From positions 113,936 through 177,935 of the forward strand of contig CAVSIS010000040.1 of the NCBI GenBank assembly GCA_963727925.1: a stretch of DNA of 64,000 nucleotides, written 5' to 3'. A program made the translations under genes and the position numbers. Source of the DNA: an uncultured Acidobacteriota bacterium. Lineage in GTDB: Bacteria; Acidobacteriota; Thermoanaerobaculia; Thermoanaerobaculales; Sulfomarinibacteraceae. The notes below the pieces were generated by a model. That model made no database searches. It was not told the origin of the DNA and saw only the letters and a program-made list of their open reading frames with translations. Shown piece by piece: positions 56,879-64,000 of this stretch; position 1 is the stretch's first letter, and each line of letters starts with the position of its first letter.

Positions 56879-58069
56879 TCACCCACCGGTGCGGAGGGCC
56901 CTGGTGGGCTCGAGCCGGGAGGCTCTCCACGCGGGCCATGCCGAGGCCAGCACCACCAGAGCAGCTGCGGTCGCGGCGACGGCTGCGAGGTGGCCGGGCA
57001 AGACGATGAAAGGAATGTGATCGACCATGTAGACCCGGGCCAGGTCGACCGGGAACCTCAGCAACCGCCACCTGGTCATGACCGCGCTCACGGCGACGCC
57101 GAAGCAGAGTCCCGCCGCCACGCCGGCGCCGCCGAGCAGCGACCCCGCAAGTACGAGCACGCGACGGACCCGGGCCGGCGTCATGCCGAGCGCCTGCAGC
57201 GTTCCGGTGGTCCGTCGCTTGGAGATCGCCAGCACGATCATGGCCGAGCTGACCTGGAACGACGCCACCGCGACCACGAGGGTGAGGACGAGGAACAGGG
57301 ACAGTGTCTGCCATCGCAGCGCTGCGAACAGCGCCCGGTTCATCTCCCGCCAGTCGGTCACGACCATGTTGGGCAGCGCAGCTTCGACCGCGGGACGGAC
57401 GGCGTCGACCGCGAGCGGGTCGTCGAGCCGGACCTCCACCGCCGTCACCCCGGTGCCAGGAAGGCGTTCGAGCAGCGGCTGGAGCGGGCCGACGAGCCAG
57501 CTGTCGTCAAACTCTGCGAAGCCGAGGTGGAACGTCCCGATGATCCCGACTCGGACGCTCGGTAGCAGCCATGATCCGGCCTCGGGCGGCAAGCGCAGGG
57601 TCAGGCCGTCGCCGGGCGCGACGCCAAGTGAGCTCGCCAAGAAGTCTCCGGCGAAAGCGGTGACCGCGCCGCCACCCGGCCAGCTCCCCCCACCGCAGAA
57701 CGGCGGAGGATGGTCGACCGCCTTGAGCGTGACCGGAAGGGGATGGGCCGGGTCGCGCGGGTCTTCGGCGAGAGCGGCCAGGTACGTCACCGGCCCCGCC
57801 CCGCGCACGCCCCGAACGGCCGCTGCCGCCACTGCACGCCGCCGTCCTTCGGCGAGCGCGAGGGGCCGGCCGGCGAACGCGATCAAGTGCGCTCCCCCTC
57901 GCTCCAGGGGGACAGCGATCGCCTGCCGGTAGCCGGCCATCAGCGCGAGGGTGATGACCAGCGCAGCGGTCGCCAGAGCGACACCGACGAAGGCGGCGAG
58001 CGCGGTGCCGCGCAGCAGACCGGCGCGCCGCCGGAGAAGGCGCAGGGCGAGCTCGAGCTCGAGCCTCAC
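56879..58069 (-). CDS. ABC transporter permease (FtsX/LolE/MacB type)
   Basis: 396 aa. The layout is TM1, a large periplasmic domain and then three C-terminal TMs, with the FtsX-type ISKRRTTGTLQALGMT segment. There is no adjacent ATPase gene. Confidence 0.83.
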   Translation of the reverse strand: MRLELELALRLLRRRAGLLRGTALAAFVGVALATAALVITLALMAGYRQAIAVPLERGGAHLIAFAGRPLALAEGRRRAVAAAAVRGVRGAGPVTYLAALAEDPRDPAHPLPVTLKAVDHPPPFCGGGSWPGGGAVTAFAGDFLASSLGVAPGDGLTLRLPPEAGSWLLPSVRVGIIGTFHLGFAEFDDSWLVGPLQPLLERLPGTGVTAVEVRLDDPLAVDAVRPAVEAALPNMVVTDWREMNRALFAALRWQTLSLFLVLTLVVAVASFQVSSAMIVLAISKRRTTGTLQALGMTPARVRRVLVLAGSLLGGAGVAAGLCFGVAVSAVMTRWRLLRFPVDLARVYMVDHIPFIVLPGHLAAVAATAAALVVLASAWPAWRASRLEPTRALRTGG

Positions 58070-58196
58070 CGGTCGCCCTTCCGGTCATCGGGATCGGCCG
58101 AGAGCACGGCGACTCCTGGACCTGCCATCGCGACAGTCTACCCTTCGCACCGGTCGATCCGAAATGAGAAACGGTCCCGCCATCAGCGCAATTCTA

Positions 58197-58225
58197 TTGA
58201 CGCGCCCAATCTCCGCCGATAGGAT
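58197..58225 (+). promoter_or_regulatory. promoter-like TTGACG-N17-TAGGAT
   Basis: It lies in the divergent region 43 nt upstream of the fadL-like GTG start. Confidence 0.4.
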
Positions 58226-58267
58226 GAGCTGTGGCGATCTCTGATCCAGCTCGGAAGGAGGTTTGAT

Positions 58268-59566
58268 GTGGCAGCCTTGAATCGTCGGCAGGTGGTGACT
58301 GCGGCGGTCGCGCTCCTGCTCCTCCCCTCACTCGGTTGGGGGGCGGGGTTTGCACTCTTCGAGCACGGCAACCGCGCGATGGCGATGGGCGGCGCCTTTA
58401 CCGCCATCGCGGACGATCCGTCCGCCCTTTTCTGGAACCCGGCAGGCTTGGCCTTCCAGCAGGACAAAGGCGTCCAGGTGATGTCCGGCGTGACGCTCAT
58501 CACCGCGACTCAGGACTTCTACGGGGAGTCGCCCTACCCTGGGGACGGCTACAAGGCTTCCCAGAAGGACCAGTGGTTCTACCCTCCGCATCTGTACCTG
58601 GTGTACCCCATCAATGACCGGCTCAGCTTCGGCTTCTCGATGAACACGCCGTTCGGTCTCGGAACGTGGTGGGACGAGGACTTCGCCGGCCGCTTCATCT
58701 CCAAGCGTGTCGACCTCAAGATGTATGACCTGAGCCCGAACCTGTCGGTCAAGCTGAGCGACAACTTCGCATTCGGCTTCGGCGTCGACTACGCGATCGG
58801 CCAGATCGACCTCACCCGCACCATCGGCTTCGTCAACCCCTACACCCAGCAGGTCGCGGACGTCGGCAATGCACACCTGTTCACCGACGGCGTCGGCAAC
58901 ACCGCCTGGGGCTGGCATGCCGGCCTGCTCGCGAAGCTGCCCCACGGCTTCTCCATCGGCGCCCTCTACCGGTCGCAGATCGACATGGACCTCGACGGCT
59001 ACGGCTCGTTCACGCAGTACGCCACGGGTTATGCCGACTTCGACGCGCTGCTGGCCTCGCAGATCCCCTTCAGCGTGAACCCCAAGCTCAAGACCAAGAT
59101 CAACTTCCCGGACTACTGGGCGGTCGGCCTGGCGTGGACCGGCGAGCAGTGGACCGTCTCGGCGCAGTACTCCGAGATGGGCTGGTCGTCGTTCCGGGAG
59201 CTGCCCATCGATTTCGTCGACTACCCGGCGCTGAGCACCACGGTGGTCGAGAACTACGATAACGCCAAGACCTATCGCCTCGGCGCCGAGTTCCGCGTCA
59301 ACTCGAGCTGGGCCCTGCAGGCCGGCTACCTCGACGACAAGACCCCGCAGCCTGTCCAGTCGATGTCCCCGCTGCTCGGCGACGGCGACCGCACCGGCTA
59401 CTCCGCCGGCTTCAGCTGGACCCACGGCAACATGAGGACAGACGTCGGCTACCTCCACCTCGAATTCGACAGCCGCTCCACCGGGGGACTCTCGTATGAT
59501 GGATATGAGGGACGCTATGACACGACCGCCAATCTTTTTGGCGCGTCATTGACCCTCAGGTGGTAG
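58268..59566 (+). CDS. outer-membrane transport protein, OMPP1/FadL/TodX family
   Basis: GTG start 7 nt after GGAGG. It has a signal peptide. [38 protein letters not shown] is the family N-terminal hatch motif. The C-terminus ends in an aromatic residue (...LTLRW). Confidence 0.88.
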   Translation: MAALNRRQVVTAAVALLLLPSLGWGAGFALFEHGNRAMAMGGAFTAIADDPSALFWNPAGLAFQQDKGVQVMSGVTLITATQDFYGESPYPGDGYKASQKDQWFYPPHLYLVYPINDRLSFGFSMNTPFGLGTWWDEDFAGRFISKRVDLKMYDLSPNLSVKLSDNFAFGFGVDYAIGQIDLTRTIGFVNPYTQQVADVGNAHLFTDGVGNTAWGWHAGLLAKLPHGFSIGALYRSQIDMDLDGYGSFTQYATGYADFDALLASQIPFSVNPKLKTKINFPDYWAVGLAWTGEQWTVSAQYSEMGWSSFRELPIDFVDYPALSTTVVENYDNAKTYRLGAEFRVNSSWALQAGYLDDKTPQPVQSMSPLLGDGDRTGYSAGFSWTHGNMRTDVGYLHLEFDSRSTGGLSYDGYEGRYDTTANLFGASLTLRW

Positions 59567-59577
59567 GGAGGACAGCC

Positions 59578-61029
59578 ATGAAGAAGAGTCTTCTCGTCTT
59601 GTGCCTGGCGGCGCTGCTCGCAGCGGCACCGGCAGGCGCCGTCGACCTCAGCCGGTACGTCGCCCTCGGGGACAGCCTGACCGCCGGCTTCGCTTCCAAC
59701 GGCCTCACCGAGTACTACCAGACCCGCGCCTACCCGGCCCTGCTCGCCCGGCAGGCCGGCGTTTACGGGAGCTTCGAGCTGCCGCTGGTGTCCGCACCCG
59801 GCATTCCGAACCTTCTCGAGCTGCGGCAGGTCGCGCCGAGCCCGATCATTCTGCCGATTCCAGGAGCCCCCGGGGGCCCGACCAACCCGTACCTCGAGCG
59901 GCCGTACAACGACCTCGCGGTGCCCGGCGCCGACGTCTACGACCTGCTCTTCACCACCGGCAACATCTACAACCTCCTTGCCGGCCACCAGGACAACGTC
60001 ATGCACGACCTGATCCTCCGCGACGGCGTGCACACCGCGCTCGAGCAGGCAATAGGGCTGCAGCCGACCTTCATCACGCTGTGGATCGGCAACAACGACA
60101 TCCTCAGCGCCGCGCTGGCCGGAACCCCGGTCGAGGGCGTCACCATGACGCCGGTGGCGACCTTCGAGCAGCTCTACAACACCGCGCTCGGCGCACTGAA
60201 GACCAACGCTCCCGGTGCCGACATCGTCGTGATGACGATTCCGGACGTCACGGCGATCCCGTTCGTCAACACCATCGAGCCGTACCTGGACGTTCCCGGG
60301 GTAGGCCGGGTACCACTGATCGGTTCCCACGGCCAGCTTCCCTCTGACGCGAAGGTCACCCTGAACGCGTCGGCCCTGCTCGCCCAGGGCATCGGAGTCC
60401 CGGCCGAGCTCGGCGGCACCGGCCAGCCGCTGCCCGAAGACCTCCAGATCGTGGGCGGCCAGGTGATCCCAGGCGTCGTGCTGCGCGCCGAAGAGGTCGC
60501 GGTCATCTCCGACCGCATCAACGCCTTCAACCAGATCATCAAGAGCGCGGCCGCGGCCAACGGCGCCAAGGTCCTCGACATCAACAAGATCTTCGGCGAC
60601 ATCGCGGCCGGCAACCTGTGGGTGGTCGGCGGCATCGACCTTTCGGCCGACTTCCTGATCGGCGGGCTCTTCTCCTACGACGGCATCCATCCGCAGACCA
60701 TCGGCCAGGCGCTCATCGCGGTCAACCTGATCGACCTCATCAACAACCAGATGGGCGGCAACCTGCCTCAGGTCAACATGGGCGACATCCTGTGCGGCCA
60801 GGGCGGTTGTGGCGGCGACTCCTCGAGCGGGTTGGCCACCGCGGACACGGTCTTCTCGGCTGCGGCCGTCAAGAGCTTGATGGAGACGTTCCCAATCCGT
60901 CTCGACCGGATGCGGCGCGGCCTCCAGCCGGTCGACGCTGACAGCGGCGTCAAGGGTGACGAACCCCGTGATCTGCTCACGCCCTCGGGTCGGCTCGCTC
61001 CCCTGGTCCGGGACTCCGGTTCGCACTGA
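59578..61029 (+). CDS. secreted SGNH/GDSL-family hydrolase (lipase/esterase-like)
   Basis: Signal peptide MKKSLLVLCLAALLAAAPAGA. Block I is VALGDSLTAGF, block III is LWIGNNDI, and a DGIHP block V is present. Confidence 0.8.
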   Translation: MKKSLLVLCLAALLAAAPAGAVDLSRYVALGDSLTAGFASNGLTEYYQTRAYPALLARQAGVYGSFELPLVSAPGIPNLLELRQVAPSPIILPIPGAPGGPTNPYLERPYNDLAVPGADVYDLLFTTGNIYNLLAGHQDNVMHDLILRDGVHTALEQAIGLQPTFITLWIGNNDILSAALAGTPVEGVTMTPVATFEQLYNTALGALKTNAPGADIVVMTIPDVTAIPFVNTIEPYLDVPGVGRVPLIGSHGQLPSDAKVTLNASALLAQGIGVPAELGGTGQPLPEDLQIVGGQVIPGVVLRAEEVAVISDRINAFNQIIKSAAAANGAKVLDINKIFGDIAAGNLWVVGGIDLSADFLIGGLFSYDGIHPQTIGQALIAVNLIDLINNQMGGNLPQVNMGDILCGQGGCGGDSSSGLATADTVFSAAAVKSLMETFPIRLDRMRRGLQPVDADSGVKGDEPRDLLTPSGRLAPLVRDSGSH

Positions 61030-61057
61030 GCGCACCGGTTCCGCGTCCTTCAACCCT

Positions 61058-61083
61058 GCGGCCCGGGCCCTCGCCCGGGCCGC
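61058..61083 (+). terminator. GC hairpin GCGGCCCGGGC-cctc-GCCCGGGCCGC
   Basis: Perfect 11-bp stem 29 nt after the stop. The following tract is T-poor. Confidence 0.35.
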
Positions 61084-61172
61084 TTCACGTTCACACCGAT
61101 CCGAACCATGTGACCTGGGCCACGACCTTCTGGACAGGCTGCGGTGGTACCATCGCTCATCCGGAGGTGGAG

Positions 61173-62849
61173 ATGCGCCAGGCTGTCATGCTGCTGGTCG
61201 TCGCCGCGCTCGCCGTCGTTCCGGCGGCTCATGCGCAGGTCTGTGATCTCTCCGAGTTGGCCACCGTCTCGACACCGGGAACGCCGTCGCAGCCGGCCAT
61301 TGGCGGCACGACCGCGTATCTGGCGGCGGGCTCTGCCGGGATCGTGCCCATCGACATCAGCGACCCGACCCAGCCGGTTGTTGGTTCCGCCCAACCGACC
61401 CAGGGTCAGGCCGTCGACATCACCCTCGACTACTTCGCGAATCTGATCGCAGTCGCCGACGGCAGCGCCGGCTTCAGCGTCTACAGCTTCGACTCGAGCA
61501 CCACCTTGGTCCATCAGGGGAGCTTCAACCTCGGCCAAAACACGCTCTCGGTAGCCGGGTTCTCGGGCCGTTATCTCGCCGGGGGCGAGGGCGGCACCCT
61601 GTTCGTCATCTCGCTCGGGGCCAATAGTCGGCCGGCGGTCGACGGCTCGATCCAGCTCGGCTCGCCGGTGAGGGCGGTGGTACTGAATAACCAGCGTGCC
61701 TACTGCGCGCTCGGCGCCGGCGGACTTGCAGTCGTCGACATCTCGGACCGCACGCAGCCGGCCCTGGTCGGCACTCCCCTCGACCTCGGCGGCGACGTCC
61801 TCAGTCTGACGCGCGAGGGGACCATGTTGTACGCCGGTGTCGACGGCATCGGGCTCGTCAGCCTCCATATCCAGGGCGACCAGGTGGTCCCGCTCGCGTC
61901 GCTGGCGGTTCCCGAGGCCCCGACCCGGATCGTTGCCTGGCTCAGCCGGATCTACATGGTCGCCCCCGGCGTCGGCCTGATGCTCGCCGACGCCTCCCTC
62001 GGCACGGATCTGCTGCTGCTCGACGAGTTGCCTCTCGACGGCGCCAGCGGCCTCGCACTGGTCGGCAGCTTCCTGTCGATCGGGCGCGGCAGCGAGGGAT
62101 TCTCTACGGTCGACCTGTCGGACTGCGCCGCACAGGCGATCCAGACCACGACCTCCTTCATCGGCGCGGCGGCGCGGGCGACTGGCCTCGAGAACACGTT
62201 CTGGGTCACCGACCTCGCGCTCGCGAACCTCACTCCGCGGGTCGCGACCTTCAACATCGCCTACCTGGCCAAGGACCAGGCCAACGGCACGCCGCTCAAC
62301 AACGCATTCTCGCTCCAGCCGGGACAGCAGATGTTGCTGCCGGACGTCATCCACGGCGTGTTCGGGCTCGACGCCGGCAACGGCGCCCTGCGCGTCACCA
62401 CATCGCACCCGGACGTGCGCATCACCAGCCGCACGTACAACGCCGCCGGCCAGGGGGGAACCTACGGCCAGTTCATCCCGGCCCTCACCCGAAGCGATGC
62501 GCTCTCGTCCGGGGAAGAGGCCGTACTGCTGCAGCTGCAGGAGAACTCGGCCTTCCGTTCGAATCTCGGCCTGGTCAACGTCACCGGCGACTCGGTCGAG
62601 GTGCAGGTCGACCTCTACCGCGGCTCCGGCAGCCTCGTCGCGGTGTGGACCAAGACGCTGCGTCCGTTCGAGATGGCTCAGGCGACCCAGATCTTCAAGA
62701 CGGTGGGCGCCGGAACGGTCGACAACGGCTTCGCCGTGGTCAAGGTCACCAGCTCGAAAGGCGAGGTGATGGCGTTCGCATCGGTAGTTGACAATGGGAC
62801 CGGAGACCCGATCTACCAGCCGGCGCAGCGATTGAGCCTGTCGTTCTAG
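61173..62849 (+). CDS. secreted beta-propeller (LVIVD-repeat-like) protein with uncharacterised about 230-aa C-terminal domain
   Basis: GGAGGTGGAG upstream and signal peptide MRQAVMLLVVAALAVVPAAHA. Repeats of the type GSAGIVPIDISDPTQP and GAGGLAVVDISDRTQP are present. The C-terminal region begins SFIGAAARATGLENTFWVTDLALANL. Confidence 0.6.
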   Translation: MRQAVMLLVVAALAVVPAAHAQVCDLSELATVSTPGTPSQPAIGGTTAYLAAGSAGIVPIDISDPTQPVVGSAQPTQGQAVDITLDYFANLIAVADGSAGFSVYSFDSSTTLVHQGSFNLGQNTLSVAGFSGRYLAGGEGGTLFVISLGANSRPAVDGSIQLGSPVRAVVLNNQRAYCALGAGGLAVVDISDRTQPALVGTPLDLGGDVLSLTREGTMLYAGVDGIGLVSLHIQGDQVVPLASLAVPEAPTRIVAWLSRIYMVAPGVGLMLADASLGTDLLLLDELPLDGASGLALVGSFLSIGRGSEGFSTVDLSDCAAQAIQTTTSFIGAAARATGLENTFWVTDLALANLTPRVATFNIAYLAKDQANGTPLNNAFSLQPGQQMLLPDVIHGVFGLDAGNGALRVTTSHPDVRITSRTYNAAGQGGTYGQFIPALTRSDALSSGEEAVLLQLQENSAFRSNLGLVNVTGDSVEVQVDLYRGSGSLVAVWTKTLRPFEMAQATQIFKTVGAGTVDNGFAVVKVTSSKGEVMAFASVVDNGTGDPIYQPAQRLSLSF

Positions 62850-63136
62850 GATTCCGACGGGCACAGGCCCTCAAGGTCGGCCGGAGAGCCGCGGCATGGG
62901 CGGAGGCCAGTGCCCACCGGAATCCTCTGACGCTCCGCGCGCATCGTTGGTCTGACAAAGGGCCTGGCGCCAGGTCCCCTCAGCAAACGACGCTGTCGGC
63001 GCGGCTCGGCTCTCGTAGCGGGTGCCCGGCGGAGCATCCAGGCCAACCTGCAGTTCTCAGCAGGTGGCGAAATGAGGCCGAGAGAGGCTGTGAGCTGTGG
63101 TGATTTCGCAGGACGAGCGAGTGAGGCGAACCCGCC

Positions 63137-63195
63137 GGGGGGGCGGAGGTAGGGCGGACGCGGGGGCGGCGGGTCTGCGAGGGGGGCTGGGAGGG
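63137..63195 (+). other. G-run-rich tract (potential G-quadruplex former)
   Basis: Runs of G7, G3, G5, G3, G6, G3 and G3 within 59 nt, in a region free of genes. Confidence 0.4.
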
Positions 63196-63351
63196 CAAGC
63201 CCGGCTACGTTGACTGCGCAGCTCTGCTGCTTGCGTCTCCCCGCCACCAGCGGGTGGCCGATCGTCTCGCTGATAGCGAGACCTCGGCCACACACCGCTG
63301 CTGTCGGCGAGTGTGAGCGAACGAGTTCAAAAAAAGCGCCGCGGATAGGGA

Positions 63352-63384
63352 CCCATTGCGGGACAATTTGAATTCCGCAATGGG
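63352..63384. other. hairpin CCCATTGCGG-N13-CCGCAATGGG preceded by A7
   Basis: Perfect 10-bp stem with an AT-rich loop, 62 nt upstream of xerD. Confidence 0.4.
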
Positions 63385-63445
63385 CAACGGTCTCTCTCGG
63401 TCCGCAGCCGCCAGCCTGGTGAGAATTGCAGGTTACGATGGCGGC

Positions 63446-64000
63446 ATGACGGCTCGCGATCACGTCGCCGACTACCTGGCCCACCTCGTGGTTGAGCGGC
63501 GCATGTCGCCGCGCACCGTGGAGGCTTACGGCCGCGATCTGCGCCAGTTCCTCGACTGGCTCGTTGCGGAGCGTTGCGACCTCGCTCGGGTCACTCGGGC
63601 CACCCTCCGGATCTACCTCGGTCGGCGCCGCGACGACGGACTGTCCGCACGTTCGGCCGCGCGGGCGCTGTCGGCGCTGCGCGGTTTCTTCGCCTACCTG
63701 CTTCGCGAGGGCGCCCTCACCAGCGACCCCTCGGCCCAGATGCGCGCGCCGAGCCTGTGGCACACCGTCCCCGACGTTCTTTCCCAGGACGAGGTCGAGG
63801 CCATTCTCGCTGCGCCCGACACGACCACCCCGGGAGGCCTGCGGGACCGTGCGATGCTCGAGACGCTCTACGCCACGGGTCTGCGAGTCTCGGAGTTGGT
63901 CGGGCTGACACTCGACCGCGTGCGGCTCGACCCCGGCTTCGTGCGGGTCCTCGGCAAGGGACGGAAGGAGCGCCTGGTGCCTCTCGGCACAAGCGCCGTC
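63446..64000 (+). CDS. xerD: tyrosine site-specific recombinase XerD (partial, runs off window)
   Basis: Own translation gives MTARDHVADYLAHLVVERRMSPRTVEAYGRDLRQFLDWL...RDRAMLETLYATGLRVSELVGL...LGKGRKERLVPLG. It is not in the ORF track because there is no stop in the window. Confidence 0.85.
   Translation, partial: MTARDHVADYLAHLVVERRMSPRTVEAYGRDLRQFLDWLVAERCDLARVTRATLRIYLGRRRDDGLSARSAARALSALRGFFAYLLREGALTSDPSAQMRAPSLWHTVPDVLSQDEVEAILAAPDTTTPGGLRDRAMLETLYATGLRVSELVGLTLDRVRLDPGFVRVLGKGRKERLVPLGTSAV

Noticed and set aside
59515-62864. Minus-strand ORFs 59515..61053 (512 aa) and 61050..62864 (604 aa)
   Set aside because: They are antisense to the SGNH hydrolase and beta-propeller genes, both of which have signal peptides, RBSs and family motifs on the plus strand.
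62850-63445. RNase P RNA, tmRNA, SRP RNA or tRNA in the long spacer before xerD
   Set aside because: I could not find the diagnostic conserved strings, namely GGAAAGUCCGG for RNase P, a tRNA-like acceptor/T-arm with CCA context for tmRNA or tRNA, or the SRP GGAA/AGCA helix-8 motifs. The region is kept only as an unexplained interval.
63446-64000. xerD as a phage or ICE integrase marking a mobile element
   Set aside because: The N-terminal SAM-like domain and the RDRAMLETLYATGLRVSELVGL...GKGRKERLVPLG pattern are those of chromosomal XerD-type dimer-resolution recombinases. No att-like repeat, tRNA target or phage genes are adjacent in the window.

Overview
The window is a visibly GC-rich (G/C-dominated third codon positions) chromosomal segment of Gram-negative type. 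I see no rRNA, tRNA, CRISPR array, transposase or prophage. I can support about 50 protein-coding genes. In order they are:

- **Start to 15 kb:** a beta-oxidation pair (3-hydroxyacyl-CoA dehydrogenase/enoyl-CoA hydratase plus thiolase), a lysine-ketoglutarate-reductase-like gene, HtrA, a Ski2-like helicase, an aminotransferase and an ion channel.
- **15-23.5 kb:** metY-metX-lysC, dinB, a glycerophosphodiesterase, glnA, and Yip1 and DUF2752 membrane proteins.
- **24-27.5 kb:** a three-gene operon of small cytochrome c, a DUF3373-like barrel and an octahaem cytochrome.
- **27.7-34 kb:** DUF2231, then DUF2202 followed by a CHASE2 histidine kinase, a sigma-54 activator and a FecR-domain protein.
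- **34-45.5 kb:** an MFS pump, trkH-trkA, an aromatic amino acid decarboxylase coupled to an acyltransferase, ArsR, exbB-exbD-tonB and RNase D.
- **45.6-50.5 kb:** a cytosolic S8 subtilase paired with a ComEC-like MBL-fold protein, a lower-GC secreted ORF and a carbamoyltransferase gene fragment.
- **50.5-64 kb:** gcvT-H-PA-PB, an FtsX-like permease, an M23 peptidase and a beta-helix protein, then FadL, an SGNH lipase and a beta-propeller protein, and xerD.

The main points of interest are:

1. About 21 single-base frame disruptions, nearly all +1 insertions, cluster between 16.2 and 26.4 kb. Eight of them are in glnA. This needs read-level checking before any pseudogene claim.
2. A three-copy palindromic REP/MITE-like element built from AGACAC/CACAGAG repeats, two copies of which overlap gene 3' ends.
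3. A Met/Cys-rich upstream ORF with antiterminator/terminator pairing ahead of metY-metX.
4. A porin-cytochrome-like operon built around a DUF3373-type barrel.
5. Two sigma-54 promoter matches.
6. The S8-sORF-MBL module in what looks like a small accessory island.

All family assignments come from my own reading of motifs in the translations, not from database searches.
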